Assembly: GCA_902491915.1 (NCBI GenBank)
Contig: CABUJL010000001.1
Span: 35-64,034, forward strand
Direction: 5' to 3'
DNA: 64,000 nucleotides
Source: an uncultured Collinsella sp.
GTDB lineage: Bacteria > Actinomycetota > Coriobacteriia > Coriobacteriales > Coriobacteriaceae
Part shown: positions 11,476 to 22,402 of the stretch, in pieces
Position numbering within the stretch: position 1 is the stretch's first letter
Layout of the letters: each line of letters begins with the position of its first letter
Notes under the pieces: model-generated
Told to the model about the DNA's origin: nothing
Database searches by the model: none
What the model saw: only the letters and a program-made list of their open reading frames with translations
Program-made: the position numbers and the translations under genes

Positions 11476-11554
11476 TTATATCCTCCTCACATAGAGTATT
11501 GTTCGCCCCAAGCGCCGCCCCCTTGTGGGAACGGCGCTTATAGGGCAGGTGAAC

Positions 11555-12112
11555 CTATTTCTTGAACGGGAAACCGAAGGCGTCCAGAAGGGCCTTGGCC
11601 TCCTCATCGGTGTTGGCGGTGGTCACGAAAGTGATGTCCATACCGCGCTGGTGATCGACGGAGTCGAAGTCGATCTCGGGGAAGATGAGCTGCTCGGTGA
11701 CGCCCATGGAGAAGTTACCACGGCCGTCGAAGCTCTTGGCGGAGATGCCGCGGAAGTCGCGGATACGGGGGATCGCGACGGAGGTCAGACGATCGAAGAA
11801 CTCCCACATACGGTCGCCACGCAGGGTAACCTTGCAGCCGATCGGCATACCAGCGCGCAGGCGGAAGGTAGCGATAGACTTGCGGGCACGGGTGATCATC
11901 GGCTGCTGGCCGGTGATGGCGCGCAGGTCGCGCACGGCACCGTCGATGGCCTTGGAATCGGTAGCGGCCTCGCCGACACCCATGTTCACGACGATCTTCT
12001 CAAACTTGGGGATCATCATGACGTTCTCGTACTGGAACTTGTCCTGAAGCTGCTGCTTGACCTCGTTGTTGTACTTGGTCTTCAGACGCGGCACATACTT
12101 CTCTTCTGCCAT
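11555..12112 (-). CDS. rplE: 50S ribosomal protein L5
   Basis: [25 protein letters not shown]. Confidence 0.99.
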   Translation of the reverse strand: MAEEKYVPRLKTKYNNEVKQQLQDKFQYENVMMIPKFEKIVVNMGVGEAATDSKAIDGAVRDLRAITGQQPMITRARKSIATFRLRAGMPIGCKVTLRGDRMWEFFDRLTSVAIPRIRDFRGISAKSFDGRGNFSMGVTEQLIFPEIDFDSVDHQRGMDITFVTTANTDEEAKALLDAFGFPFKK

Positions 12113-12249
12113 TGTTCACTCCTTCTTGGGGTTTTAAGCACGGGGCGTGGCCACGATGGGTTGTCCTCGTGCCTCCTGGCTGCATCCGCGCCGCTCATGG
12201 CATTTTGCGGTTTGGACTCGACACAGCAGGAGCCGACAAAACAATCGGT

Positions 12250-12278
12250 ACTATACGCGCATTGGGTGCGTATTTCCA
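12250..12278 (-). promoter_or_regulatory. Candidate sigma70-type promoter for rplE
   Basis: Minus strand TGGAAA-17 nt-TATAGT, ~140 nt upstream of rplE. Confidence 0.45.
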
Positions 12279-12327
12279 GAAAAACCTCGTCTGCCTGCAC
12301 AACTCCACAACTCCCCCGCACATAGTG

Positions 12328-12418
12328 ATCCCCGAAAAGCAGTTGCGGTGAAATAGGGACTGTTGGCGGTCTAGCGGCTTGAACAATCCGTATTTCACCG
12401 CAACTGCTTGTTGGGGAT
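12328..12418. repeat. Long hairpin at the rplE/xdhC junction
   Basis: Perfect 19-bp arms AAGCAGTTGCGGTGAAATA (12337-12355) / 12391-12409, with extra ATCCCC/GGGGAT pairing outside. Confidence 0.8.
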
Positions 12419-12422
12419 GCGA

Positions 12423-13466
12423 TTAGCGCTTGCGGGGGACGAGTTTGGTGCGGCGCAGGTGGATCATCTCGGCGGCGATGGAGATAGCGATCTCCTCGGG
12501 ATCCTCCGCCTCGATGGCAACGCCGATCGGCAGGTGCAGCCCGTCGATCTGGTCCTGCGTAAAGCCCTCCTGCTCCAAGCGAGCCCGCACAAAGGCCGTC
12601 TTGCGGCGCGAGCCAAGGCAACCCAGATAGGCGGGCTTGGCGCGCATGGCCTGAATCACCACGTCGATATCGGACTTGTGGCCTGCTGTGGCCACGACCA
12701 CCAAGTCGCGCGGACCGATGGGGCACTGCTCGCCCAGGTTCTTGTAGTCGACCAGACGACGGTCGTAGACACCGGGTACCCATTCGGGCGTCAGCGTGCC
12801 GGGGCGGTCGTCGCACGCCACGACGGTAAAGCCCGCCGCCGTGAGCACCCGCGCCGTCGCAGCACCCACGTGGCCGCAGCCAAAGATATAGGTCAGGCCC
12901 TCGGGGCAGAGCGTCTCGATGTGCGCGGGAGGAATCTCGGAGGCGGCGTTGGTGTAGGTGGCCTTACTCCCCTCCTCCACCAGCGAAAGCCCGGGGCAGC
13001 CCGCAATGGTGCGGCGCGATTCCTCGCCATGGCACTCGGCCACATCGCCCTCGAGCGCGCTTGCGATAAACGGCTCAAAGTCAATGACGAAGTAGCCGAT
13101 GCGTCGATACGCCAAGACGTCGGCAATTTCCTGGAACAACGGTGCCTTGGTCTCGTCCAGGTGCAGATAGCACAAGCAGATAGCTCCGCCGCAGATCATG
13201 CCGGTATCGGAGTTCTCGCCGCCCATGGTGTAGCGGACCAGACGCGATTTACCCCCGGCCAGCAGCTCGCGCGCCTCATTCAGCGCAAAGAGCTCAATCT
13301 TGCCGCCGCCGATAGTGCCCGCCTGGCTTCCATCGGCAAAGACGGTCATCCATGCGCCCACGCCGCGCGGCGACGACCCCGCCGTGCCGGCCACGACCAC
13401 GAGCTCGCACGTCTCGCCAGCACGCAGGGCGGCAAGCGCCGCATTCACCACATCGAGCTTTTCCAT
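12423..13466 (-). CDS. xdhC: XdhC/CoxI family molybdoenzyme maturation factor
   Basis: GSSPRGVGA, GTIGGG, GMICGG, FGCGHVG, YLGCLGSRRK, PIG..I.AE.PEEIAISI.AE. Confidence 0.92.
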   Translation of the reverse strand: MEKLDVVNAALAALRAGETCELVVVAGTAGSSPRGVGAWMTVFADGSQAGTIGGGKIELFALNEARELLAGGKSRLVRYTMGGENSDTGMICGGAICLCYLHLDETKAPLFQEIADVLAYRRIGYFVIDFEPFIASALEGDVAECHGEESRRTIAGCPGLSLVEEGSKATYTNAASEIPPAHIETLCPEGLTYIFGCGHVGAATARVLTAAGFTVVACDDRPGTLTPEWVPGVYDRRLVDYKNLGEQCPIGPRDLVVVATAGHKSDIDVVIQAMRAKPAYLGCLGSRRKTAFVRARLEQEGFTQDQIDGLHLPIGVAIEAEDPEEIAISIAAEMIHLRRTKLVPRKR

Positions 13467-13475
13467 TGCAATTTC

Positions 13476-14270
13476 CTATCCCTGGAATACACCGATGAGC
13501 ATGGCGAGTGCCTCGAGCACACCGCCGCCGACCGACGTCGCCTTGTCCGAAATGTAGTTGATATAGCTGGCATCGCCGCGCGGATCGACATCGGCGCATT
13601 TAAAGCCCTCAGTCACCTGCACGCCGTTCGCCAAAAGCCCGCGCAGACAGCCATCGATCTGCGTGCACATGGGCGAATCGCCCGCGTAGCCAATCACGTC
13701 TCCGGCGCTCACGATGTCGCCGATCGCGCGGTCGGACCGAAACACGCCGGCGGCGGGGCTGTGGATAACGCGCTCTCTTCCATAGCCAGCGATAATGCCC
13801 GGCACGCCCGTGTTGGGTTGGGGCGAACCCTGGGTAATGACACGGCCCAGGAAATGCCCGCGCATGGTTTCGACCACGGCGTCGCAGTCAACCGGCGCGG
13901 TAAAGCCCGGCCCCACGGCGATGACGGCAGGCGCCATGTCGCGCGTGGTACCCAGGTTGCGCTTAGCCAGAATCGCGTCGACCACGGCAGCGGGTTTCAG
14001 CTCGCCGAGCATCTTGGCCTGGGGGTCCACCACAACGGCGACGTCTCCAGCCTCGGTAATTGCAAGCGCCTCTGCCGGCGTCTGTGCCAAGCGAGCGCGA
14101 ATGCCCTCGACCTCGACCTCGCCCAAGCGAATAGCCTCGCAAAAACTGATTGTGCGGCGGATGCACGTGGGAACCGCGATATCGGCCATAACGACCGACA
14201 CGCCGGCGCGCACCAAGCGAGCGGCGACGCCCGTGGCGATATCGCCGGCGCCGCGAACATAAACGAGCAT
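13476..14270 (-). CDS. yqeB: Selenium-dependent molybdenum hydroxylase system protein YqeB
   Basis: VRGAGDIATG, DAILAKRNLGT, ETMRGHFLGR, DVDPRG, ISDKA..GGGVLEA. Confidence 0.92.
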   Translation of the reverse strand: MLVYVRGAGDIATGVAARLVRAGVSVVMADIAVPTCIRRTISFCEAIRLGEVEVEGIRARLAQTPAEALAITEAGDVAVVVDPQAKMLGELKPAAVVDAILAKRNLGTTRDMAPAVIAVGPGFTAPVDCDAVVETMRGHFLGRVITQGSPQPNTGVPGIIAGYGRERVIHSPAAGVFRSDRAIGDIVSAGDVIGYAGDSPMCTQIDGCLRGLLANGVQVTEGFKCADVDPRGDASYINYISDKATSVGGGVLEALAMLIGVFQG

Positions 14271-14330
14271 TCCCGGGACACCTCCCTGTGCTACGGTTTG
14301 AGCAGAGCAAATGCGGTTCGACCGCTACTC

Positions 14331-14349
14331 TGATGATTATTTATTATCA
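14331..14349. promoter_or_regulatory. Candidate operator TGATGA-N7-TTATCA (yqeB/yqeC divergent region)
   Basis: Near-palindrome recurring at 21452 and 44743. Confidence 0.55.
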
Positions 14350-14372
14350 CAGTATTATACGGCGGTGAACAG

Positions 14373-15110
14373 ATGGAAACGACGAGCGGAAACCTTGCCT
14401 CCGCGCTCAAGATCGAGCCGGGCATTACCGCAATTATCGGCAGTGGAGGCAAGTCGACCTTGCTGAAGACGCTCGGCCTTGAGCTTATGCGCGCTGGCGG
14501 CAGGGTGCTTCTCTGTACCGCCACGCGCATGTTCCCCGTCGCCGGCGTGCCGTGGGACGGGTCGAGCCGTCGCCTGGACGCCGCGCCTTGGAAGCCGGGG
14601 GGCCTGCATGTTCCCGGCTGCACCTGCGAGGCATGCGCTGGCATGAGCCACGGAAGCATCTGCCAGGCGGGCGTTTTGGACCCGGAGACAGGCAAGCTCT
14701 CTGCCCCCGCCGAGCCGCTCAACGAGCTGGCACAGCGCTTTGACTACGTCCTGGCCGAGGCAGATGGCAGCAAGCGACTCCCGCTCAAGGCGCACGCCGC
14801 CTGGGAGCCGGTAATTCCCTCTGGCACGGCCAACATCGTCTGGATCGTCGGCGCCTCGGGGCTGGGCAAGCCCGTCGCCGAGGTTGTCCACCGCCCCGAG
14901 CTCTTCTGCGAGCGCTGCGGCTGCGAGCCCACCGACATCGCCACACCCGAGCGCGTCGCCCAGGTGCTCAATGCCGAGATGCAGGCGCTGGGACTCAGCA
15001 CCGCACGCGTCATGCTCAACCAAGTCGGCACGCTCAGCGACCCCACGATGGCCGACCGCTTCGAGGCAGCTCTCGACCGCCCCATCATCGCCACCATCCT
15101 CCAGGGGTAG
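14373..15110 (+). CDS. yqeC: Selenium cofactor biosynthesis protein YqeC
   Basis: IIGSGGKST, EADGSKRLPLKAHA.WEPVIP. Confidence 0.9.
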   Translation: METTSGNLASALKIEPGITAIIGSGGKSTLLKTLGLELMRAGGRVLLCTATRMFPVAGVPWDGSSRRLDAAPWKPGGLHVPGCTCEACAGMSHGSICQAGVLDPETGKLSAPAEPLNELAQRFDYVLAEADGSKRLPLKAHAAWEPVIPSGTANIVWIVGASGLGKPVAEVVHRPELFCERCGCEPTDIATPERVAQVLNAEMQALGLSTARVMLNQVGTLSDPTMADRFEAALDRPIIATILQG

Positions 15111-15130
15111 CTAATTTGGCGTCGTCCCCG

Positions 15131-16498
15131 TTAGCGGGGCACGTAGCGGCCAGGTTGGGCTCCGGTGGGCTCGCCGTCGCGTGCCGCCAGCACGCCGTTC
15201 ACAAACACGGCCTTGGCGCGGCCATGCGCCTCAAAGCCCTCGAGCGGCGTGTAGTCCACGGCCTGATGCTGCGTCGTGGCACTGATCGTCCAGCGCGCCT
15301 TGGGATCCCACACGCACACGTCGGCATCGGCGCCCTCGGCAAGACAGCCCTTGCGCGGATACATGCCAAAGACGCGCGCCGGGTTCTCGCTCATCAAGCG
15401 GCACAGATCCTCGGGTCCCAGCTGGCCCTCAAAGCTCGTGGCAATCGCGACGGGACGATGCTCCACGCCGGGCCCGCCGTTGGGAATCGCGCGGAAATCA
15501 TCGCGTCCGCGGTCCTTTTGCCCGTGCAGGTTAAAGCTGCAATGATCGGTCGCAATAGTATCGATCTCGCCGGCCACAAGCGCCTCGCGCAGCGCGGCAC
15601 GGTCGCCGGCATGGCGCAGTGGCGGGCTCATCACATACTTGGCACCCGCAAAGCCGTCCTCGCCCTGCTCCAAGTAGCAAGTATCGTCGAGCATCAGATA
15701 CTGAGGGCAGGTCTCGACATAGATGTTCTTCTGCCCGCGCGCTTTGGCAGCGCGAATGGCCTCGAGCCCCAGCTTGGTCGAAAGGTGCACCACATTGACT
15801 GGAGCGTCCCCGGCTAAGTGCGCCAGATACAGCAGACGACTCACGGCCTCGGCCTCGCACACGTCCGGACGGCTGAGTGCATGCCCCTCGGGCCCATGAA
15901 TCCCCTGCTCGTACACGCGCTTCTGCAGTTCATTCACCAGCGTACCGTTCTCGCAATGCACGCAGAGCATGCCACCCACGCGCTTGAGTTCCTCCAGCAC
16001 CTCGAGCGTCTCGGCGTCGTTCAGGCGCAGGTGGTCATAGGCAAAGTAGGTCTTAAACGACGACACGCCCGCCTCGCGCATAGCCGAAAGATCGGCGCGG
16101 TTGCGCTCATTCCACTCGGCGAGTGCCATATGAAACGCGTAGTTGGCCGTGCAGGTTCCGTCGGCGCGATGATGCCACTCGGCAAGGGCATCGGGCATGG
16201 TCACGCCGCGATCGGCCGTCGCGTAGTCCACGATGGTCGTCGTACCGCCGCAGGCAGCCGCACGCGTACCGGTCTCAAAGCTATCGGCCGTCCAATCCAT
16301 GCCAGTCCAGCACTGCATGTGCGTGTGGCCGTCGATAAAGCCGGGGAACACCCAACAGTCGGTGGCGTCCTGGACGGTATCGCCCTCGCCCGGCTCGATT
16401 GCCGCGGCAATCCGCACAATCTTATCGCCCTCCATGGTAAGATCGGCGCGGCGAAGCCCCTGGGGAGTCACGAGCGCGCCGTTTTTGATGATGATCAT
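15131..16498 (-). CDS. hydA: Dihydropyrimidinase / cyclic amidohydrolase (HyuA-like)
   Basis: PGFIDGHTH, GGTTT, SFK, VHCEN, ETCPQYL, KYVMSPPLR, ATDHCSF. Confidence 0.92.
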   Translation of the reverse strand: MIIIKNGALVTPQGLRRADLTMEGDKIVRIAAAIEPGEGDTVQDATDCWVFPGFIDGHTHMQCWTGMDWTADSFETGTRAAACGGTTTIVDYATADRGVTMPDALAEWHHRADGTCTANYAFHMALAEWNERNRADLSAMREAGVSSFKTYFAYDHLRLNDAETLEVLEELKRVGGMLCVHCENGTLVNELQKRVYEQGIHGPEGHALSRPDVCEAEAVSRLLYLAHLAGDAPVNVVHLSTKLGLEAIRAAKARGQKNIYVETCPQYLMLDDTCYLEQGEDGFAGAKYVMSPPLRHAGDRAALREALVAGEIDTIATDHCSFNLHGQKDRGRDDFRAIPNGGPGVEHRPVAIATSFEGQLGPEDLCRLMSENPARVFGMYPRKGCLAEGADADVCVWDPKARWTISATTQHQAVDYTPLEGFEAHGRAKAVFVNGVLAARDGEPTGAQPGRYVPR

Positions 16499-16507
16499 AA
16501 TTGCTCC

Positions 16508-17122
16508 TTATTGATTGATGCAGTTGGCCACGCGATCAAAATACGAGCAGGCGGCGATATGCTCCGTTATGCGTTGCTGTCCCTTGGCGGTATCGACGTC
16601 CCACAGCTCGTAGGCACGCGCCTCGACCAGCACCACGTCGGTACGGTCCTTGAGGATCGAACCGCCGCCGTCCTTGCCCTCAAGACACATGAGTGCATCG
16701 AACAGTTCCGCCGGAAAGAGCACCGGGCTCGAAGGCTCACCGTTGCACGCAAGACGCACCGGATGCTTGCGGCCACGCTCATCAAACGTGCGAACCATGG
16801 CCTCAAAAGAATCCGAACTCACGAGCGGCTGGTCGCCCGGCAAAAAGAGGCAACCTTTCCAGTTGCGTTCGACTCCCCACGAAAGGCCCGCACGGACGCT
16901 TTCGCTGCGCAGCTCGCCATCGTGCAGCACGCACGGGCAATGCTTGTCCTCGCAAATCTGGGCGACCTCGGGCCAACGCGTCGAAACCACAACGTCAAAA
17001 CCCCGGGGAACCGAATCGATGGTCCGGGCAATCAGCGGCTCGCCATAGATATCGGCAAGCATCTTGTTAGAGCCAAACCGCTTGCCCTCGCCCGAAGCCA
17101 TAATGACGCATCCAAGTTTCAT
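16508..17122 (-). CDS. mocA: MocA/YgfJ-like molybdenum cofactor cytidylyltransferase
   Basis: MASGEGKRFGSNK, PGDQP, GKDGG, WDVDT; ATG at 17122 after a GGAGG RBS. Confidence 0.8.
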   Translation of the reverse strand: MKLGCVIMASGEGKRFGSNKMLADIYGEPLIARTIDSVPRGFDVVVSTRWPEVAQICEDKHCPCVLHDGELRSESVRAGLSWGVERNWKGCLFLPGDQPLVSSDSFEAMVRTFDERGRKHPVRLACNGEPSSPVLFPAELFDALMCLEGKDGGGSILKDRTDVVLVEARAYELWDVDTAKGQQRITEHIAACSYFDRVANCINQ

Positions 17123-17209
17123 GGTGATACCTCCCCTGAAACCATCGTACCCATAACTCGCGCCGCGGGCATCTACATCGAAAGCGCTTATCCCGCACGC
17201 CCGCGATGC

Positions 17210-17248
17210 AAAAAGGGGCACCCCGCCGGTTGGCAGAGCGCCCCCTTT
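17210..17248 (-). terminator. Terminator-like hairpin after ygeW
   Basis: AAAGGGGC...GCGCCCCCTTT imperfect stem with a T-run on the minus strand. Confidence 0.6.
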
Positions 17249-17271
17249 ACATGGCTTACCTCAACCCGGCT

Positions 17272-18474
17272 TTAGGCCTGGAGCCAACGGGCGGTGTTAC
17301 GCTCGTCGAGGGCCTTGAGGGTAGCGGCGGGATCGGCAACCTTCTGCAGGAACATCATGGCAGCGATGGCGTACGGCTTGTAGCTGGCCTCCTTGTACAT
17401 GCCCACGCGGTGCATGTCGAAGACGTCGGCGTTAACCTCGCCGTGCTCGCAGGAGACACCGGAGATGTCGGCGGGCAGCGGATGCATAAAGATGGTGTCC
17501 TGGCCGTTGGCAGTCTTCTCCATGAGCTCGGTCGTGGAGCACCAATCCTGATGGGTGGCGTTCTGAGCGAGCAGCTCCTTCTCGAGCGCAGCGATGCCGG
17601 CGTCGTCGCCCTCGGCGTACAGGTTGGTGCGCTTCTCCATGGCGGCAAACGGAGCCCAGCTCTTGGGGATCACGATGTCGGCACCCTCGAAGGCCTCGGC
17701 CATGGTGTTGACCTGCTTAAAGGTGGTACCGGACTCGGCGGCATAGCCCTTGGCGCGCTCGACGACCTCGGGCATGAGGTCGTAGCCCTCGGGGTGAGCC
17801 AGGGTGACGTCCATGCCAAAGCGGGGCAGCAGGCTGATCAGCGACTGCGGGCAGGACAGCGGCTTGCCGTAAGAGGGCGAATAGGCCCAGGTGACGGCAA
17901 CCTTCTTGCCCTTGAGGTTCTCGAGGCCGCCAAACTCGTTGATGAGGTAGAGCATGTCGGCAGAGGACTGCGTGGGGTGATCGGAGTCGGACTGCAAGGA
18001 GATGAGCGTGGGACGGTGATCCAGAACGCCGTCCTCGTAGGCCTGCTGGACAGACTCGGAAACCTCGGCCATGTAGGCGTCGCCCTTGCCGATGTACATA
18101 TCGTCGCGGATGCCGATGACGTCGGCCATGAAGGAGATCATGGTAGCGGTCTCGCGGACGGTCTCGCCGTGGGCGATCTGGGACTTCTTCTCGTCCAGGT
18201 CCTGCAGCTCAAGGCCGAGCAGGTTGGCGGCCTTAGAGAAAGAGAAGCGCGTGCGGGTGGAGTTGTCGCGGAACAGGGAGACGGCCAGGCCCGAGTCGAA
18301 GATCTTGGACGAAACGTTGTTCTCACGCAGCTCGCGCAGGGCGTCGGCGACGATGTAGAGAGCCTTGAGCTCATCGGTGGTCTTGTCCCAGGTGTGCAGG
18401 AAGTCGCTGCCGTACATACCCTTAAAATCGAGGCCGTTCAGCTGCTCGATGAGCTCGGTAAACTTAGCGTCCAT
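17272..18474 (-). CDS. ygeW: Knotted carbamoyltransferase YgeW
   Basis: FRDNSTRTRFSF, SQIAHGETVRETA, DHPTQ, WAYSPSYGKPLS, HPLPADI; ATG at 18474. Confidence 0.95.
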   Translation of the reverse strand: MDAKFTELIEQLNGLDFKGMYGSDFLHTWDKTTDELKALYIVADALRELRENNVSSKIFDSGLAVSLFRDNSTRTRFSFSKAANLLGLELQDLDEKKSQIAHGETVRETATMISFMADVIGIRDDMYIGKGDAYMAEVSESVQQAYEDGVLDHRPTLISLQSDSDHPTQSSADMLYLINEFGGLENLKGKKVAVTWAYSPSYGKPLSCPQSLISLLPRFGMDVTLAHPEGYDLMPEVVERAKGYAAESGTTFKQVNTMAEAFEGADIVIPKSWAPFAAMEKRTNLYAEGDDAGIAALEKELLAQNATHQDWCSTTELMEKTANGQDTIFMHPLPADISGVSCEHGEVNADVFDMHRVGMYKEASYKPYAIAAMMFLQKVADPAATLKALDERNTARWLQA

Positions 18475-18675
18475 GAAAATGTCCTTTCTAAAGATGAAAC
18501 GATCGCAATGAGTAGATGTGCTCCGGCATGCGCGCGTGGCTAAAACATGCAGAGCACCATGACGAGGACCCGCCACCGTTGAGGAAGCATGGGAGATAAC
18601 GACCGCGGGCCCCAAGTCAACAGGGGGTGCCGGGGACACGAGCGGCCCCCGGCTCAACAAAATCGAAGAATGGGA

Positions 18676-20061
18676 CTAATCGATTTTGTTGTTGGTCAGA
18701 CAGGCGCGGAACACGGTGGCGTCGCCATCGGCCTGGCTCGGATCGTAGAGGTTCAGGGCAGCCACGTACATGGCGGCAGCGGTGACCAGGTCGTCCTTGT
18801 AGGTGACCTCGTTGGGAGCGTGAGCCTGAGACTCGGCACCCGGGCCAAAGCCGACGCAGGGGATGCCGTAGCGGCCCTGGATGGAAACGCAGTTCGTGGA
18901 GAAGGTCCACTTGTCGCACAGCGGGCGACCGGCGCGCTTGTCCATGCTGGGCTCGCAGCCGATGCGCTCGTCACCGAACATGGCCTTGTGGGCGTCGACG
19001 AGGGCCTTGACGTGCGGAGCGGTCTCCTTGTTGATCCACGTGGGGAAGTAAGCCTCGGTCTCGTAGACCTCGCCGGTCCAGGACGGACGGTCGTACATGT
19101 ACATGGAGACCTTCACGTCGTCGCCGTACTTCTTGGCGGCCGGCAGGTTGCGGATCTCGTCCAGGCAGGACTCCCAGGTCTCACCGGCGGTCATACGACG
19201 GTCGATGGAGATGGCGCAGGAGTCAGCGACAGCGCAACGGCTGGGGCTGGTGTAGAAGATCTGGCTGACGGTGCAGGTGCCGCGGCCCAGGAAGCGGGCA
19301 TCCTCGAAGTGCTCGGGGTTGTACTTGGGGTCGAGCATCTTGACGAGACCCTTGATGTCGGTCGACTCGTCGCAGCCGTTGTTGTTGAAGGCGCGGACGT
19401 CGGCGATGATGTCGGCCATCTTGTAGATGGCGTTGTCGCCGCGGTCGGGAGCGGAGCCGTGGCAGGAGGTACCGTGAACGTCGACGCGGATCTCCATACG
19501 GCCGCGGTGACCGCGATAGATGCCGCCGTCGGTGGGCTCGGTGGAAATGACGAACTCGGGCTTAATGCCGTCCTTGTTGTAGATGTACTGCCAGCACATG
19601 CCGTCGCAGTCCTCTTCCTGGACGGTGCCGACGACCATGATTTTGTAGCCCTCGGGGATGAGGCCCATGTCCTTCATCATCTTGGCAGCGTAGGTAGCAG
19701 AAGCCATGCCACCCTCCTGGTCGGAGCCGCCGCGGCCGTAGATGATCTCGTCGGTCTCGTAGCCCTCGTAGGGATCGGCATCCCAGTTCTCGATGTTGCC
19801 GATGCCGACGGTGTCGATGTGGGAGTCGATGGCGATGATCTTGTCGCCCTCGCCCATAAAGCCCATGACGTTGCCCAGGCCGTCGACCTTGACCTCGTCA
19901 TAGCCAAGGCTCTCCATCTCGGCCTTGATGCAGGCAACAACCTCACCCTCCTCGCAGGACTCAGAGGGGTGGCTAATCATTGCGCGAAGAAAACGCGTCA
20001 TATCAGCACGATGGGACTCAGCTGCAGCCTTGATAGCGTCGAAATCGAGTTCTTTAGCCAT
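18676..20061 (-). CDS. ygeY: YgeY-family M20 hydrolase
   Basis: [48 protein letters not shown]. Confidence 0.93.
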   Translation of the reverse strand: MAKELDFDAIKAAAESHRADMTRFLRAMISHPSESCEEGEVVACIKAEMESLGYDEVKVDGLGNVMGFMGEGDKIIAIDSHIDTVGIGNIENWDADPYEGYETDEIIYGRGGSDQEGGMASATYAAKMMKDMGLIPEGYKIMVVGTVQEEDCDGMCWQYIYNKDGIKPEFVISTEPTDGGIYRGHRGRMEIRVDVHGTSCHGSAPDRGDNAIYKMADIIADVRAFNNNGCDESTDIKGLVKMLDPKYNPEHFEDARFLGRGTCTVSQIFYTSPSRCAVADSCAISIDRRMTAGETWESCLDEIRNLPAAKKYGDDVKVSMYMYDRPSWTGEVYETEAYFPTWINKETAPHVKALVDAHKAMFGDERIGCEPSMDKRAGRPLCDKWTFSTNCVSIQGRYGIPCVGFGPGAESQAHAPNEVTYKDDLVTAAAMYVAALNLYDPSQADGDATVFRACLTNNKID

Positions 20062-20133
20062 TGTTCATAACCTTTCAAACGAAGGAATCTACCTGTGAGG
20101 TGGCGGAGCGATACCTATTTACTCCGCCCAGTA

Positions 20134-21348
20134 TTAGCAAGTGGGGTATTCGCCCTCCCAGACGATGCGACGGTACTGATCCGGATCGGTGTCGCCCTCG
20201 GTGGAGAAGCAGAGCACGGAGCTCGTCTTGTCCAGGCCGATGAGCTCCTTGAGCTCGGCGTACTCGGGATCGAGCATGAGGGTCTCGACCAGGCCGGTGG
20301 TCACAGCGCCGGACTCGCCGGAGATGACGCGCGGGTCGCCCTTCTCGGGAGCACCCAGGGTGCGCATGCCGCGAGCGGTGACCCAGTCGGGGCAGGACAC
20401 GAAGGCGGTGGTGTGGTTGCGCAGGATATCCCAGCCCAGGATGTTGGGCTCGCCGCAGCACAGGCCGGCCATGATGGAGGGCATGTCGCCGTCCACGATG
20501 CGCGGGTCGCCGTCGCCGGCGGCAGCGCCCTTGTACAGGCAGGCGGCCGGAGCGCACTCGACCACAACGAAGGTCGGCGGGTTATCGGGATACAGGTTGG
20601 TGAAGTAGCCCACCACGGCGCCGGCGAGCGAGCCTACGCCAGCCTGGACAAAGACGTGCGTCGGGCGGTTGATGGCCATCTCGCGCAGCTGCTCGGCAGC
20701 CTCGGAAGCCATGGTGCCGTAGCCCTCCATGATCCAGGACGGGATCTTCTCGTAGCCCTCCCAGGCGGTGTCCTGAACGATGACGCCGCGCTCGCAGGCA
20801 TCGGCCTCGGCGGCGGCCATGCGCACGCACTCGTCGTAGTTGACCTCTTCGATGGTCACCGTGGCGCCCTCGGCGGCGATGTTATCGAAGCGGGGCTTGG
20901 TGGAACCCTTGGGCATGTGAACGACGGCCTTCTGGCCCAGCTTGTTGGCAGCCCATGCCACACCGCGGCCGTGGTTGCCGTCGGTGGCGGTAAAGAAGGT
21001 GGCCTGGCCAAAGTCCTTGGCAAGCTGATCGGAGGTCAGGTAATCGAAGGTGCACTCGGCCACGTCCTTGCCGGTCTCGTCGGCAATGTAGTTGGCCATG
21101 GCAAACGATCCGCCCAGAACCTTAAAGGCGTTGAGGCCAAAGCGATAGCTCTCGTCCTTAACGCACAGGTTGGACAGACCCAAGCGCGCAGCCTGACCGT
21201 CCAGGCGGGCAAGCGGAGTGACGGTGTACTGGGGGAACGACTGGTGGAAGGCGCGGGCCTTCTTCACGTGGTCGAGGCTCATGATTCCCAAGTGCTTGTC
21301 ATCGCTCTTGGGCATCGTGTTGCCCGCCCACTGGATCTTATCGGCCAT
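20134..21348 (-). CDS. dpaL: Diaminopropionate ammonia-lyase (YgeX)
   Basis: KDESYRFGLNAFKVLGGS, TATDGNHGRGVAW, QDTAWEGY, ISGESGA. Confidence 0.96.
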   Translation of the reverse strand: MADKIQWAGNTMPKSDDKHLGIMSLDHVKKARAFHQSFPQYTVTPLARLDGQAARLGLSNLCVKDESYRFGLNAFKVLGGSFAMANYIADETGKDVAECTFDYLTSDQLAKDFGQATFFTATDGNHGRGVAWAANKLGQKAVVHMPKGSTKPRFDNIAAEGATVTIEEVNYDECVRMAAAEADACERGVIVQDTAWEGYEKIPSWIMEGYGTMASEAAEQLREMAINRPTHVFVQAGVGSLAGAVVGYFTNLYPDNPPTFVVVECAPAACLYKGAAAGDGDPRIVDGDMPSIMAGLCCGEPNILGWDILRNHTTAFVSCPDWVTARGMRTLGAPEKGDPRVISGESGAVTTGLVETLMLDPEYAELKELIGLDKTSSVLCFSTEGDTDPDQYRRIVWEGEYPTC

Positions 21349-21451
21349 ACGGTGAACTCCTTAAGTCCTCTCTTGCCGGCCCCCGCATACGCGTTTCAGC
21401 CCGATCCCATTCACACGACTGAACTTTTATGTGGATGCCAAACAAAAAGTT

Positions 21452-21470
21452 TGTTAGTAATGTTCTATCA
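21452..21470. promoter_or_regulatory. Candidate operator TGTTAG-N7-CTATCA (dpaL/regulator divergent region)
   Basis: Near-palindrome matching the 14331 and 44743 sites. Confidence 0.5.
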
Positions 21471-21625
21471 CACTTTTTGATTGGTATATCTAACGAATTG
21501 TTTGTTGCCGTAATCGGTACTTTTTCGCCGCCGAACGGTCATGAATTGCCTTGTTGATGGATTTGTTTGCGGTCATGTGTGGTTTATGGCACAGTGAGCC
21601 CAAACTAATTTTTAGGAAGGTACCC

Positions 21626-22279
21626 ATGACCCCCGCACAGATTGAGTTTTACAAGCGCCTCGCACACGGTCTGGCGCTCCAATTTGGCCCCAACTGCGAA
21701 GTCGTCGTCCACGATCTGGAGACCGAGGACGTGGACCACTCCATCGTAGTGATCGAAAACGGCCACGTCAGCGGGCGCAAACTGGGTGACGGCCCCAGCC
21801 ATATTGTGTTTGAGTCCATGCACGAGGGCACCACCGACGTGCACGACCGCGAGCCATACCTCACCAAAACCACCGATGGCAAGCTGCTCAAGTCCTCTAC
21901 CATCTTTATCCGCAACGACGAAGGCAAGCCCGTCGGCATTTTGGGCATTAACTTTGACATTACGCTCATGAAGGCTTTTGAGCGCTCGCTCGATGCCTTT
22001 ACCGGCACCGGCGGTACGGGCTACACCGAGCCCGAGCCCATTACCAAGAACATCGGCGACCTGCTCGAGGACCTGCTGCACGAGTGCGAGCAGTTTGTGG
22101 GCAAGCCCGCGGCACTCATGACCAAAGACGAGCGCATTCGTGCCATTGGCTACCTCGACCGTCGCGGCGCCTTCCTCATTTCCAAGTCGAGCGAGCGCGC
22201 CTGCGAGTTCTTTGGCATCTCCAAGTACAGCTTCTATAGCTACCTCAATGAGGCCAAGGCGGCGGCCGGCGACAAGTAG
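21626..22279 (+). CDS. YheO-like PAS + HTH transcriptional regulator
   Basis: QFGPNCEVVVHD, IENGHVSGRK.GD, LKSSTIFIR, GAFLI...ISKYSFYSYL. Confidence 0.9.
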   Translation: MTPAQIEFYKRLAHGLALQFGPNCEVVVHDLETEDVDHSIVVIENGHVSGRKLGDGPSHIVFESMHEGTTDVHDREPYLTKTTDGKLLKSSTIFIRNDEGKPVGILGINFDITLMKAFERSLDAFTGTGGTGYTEPEPITKNIGDLLEDLLHECEQFVGKPAALMTKDERIRAIGYLDRRGAFLISKSSERACEFFGISKYSFYSYLNEAKAAAGDK

Positions 22280-22402
22280 GCACTCGCCTGGATTGCCCCT
22301 CCCCTTTTGGGCGCGAGTTCTGGAAAGCACGAATCCAAGACCGAGCCGCTCGGGAAGTTCCATATAATCGATGTCATTAGTATTTCGAAAGGATGGAACA
22401 GA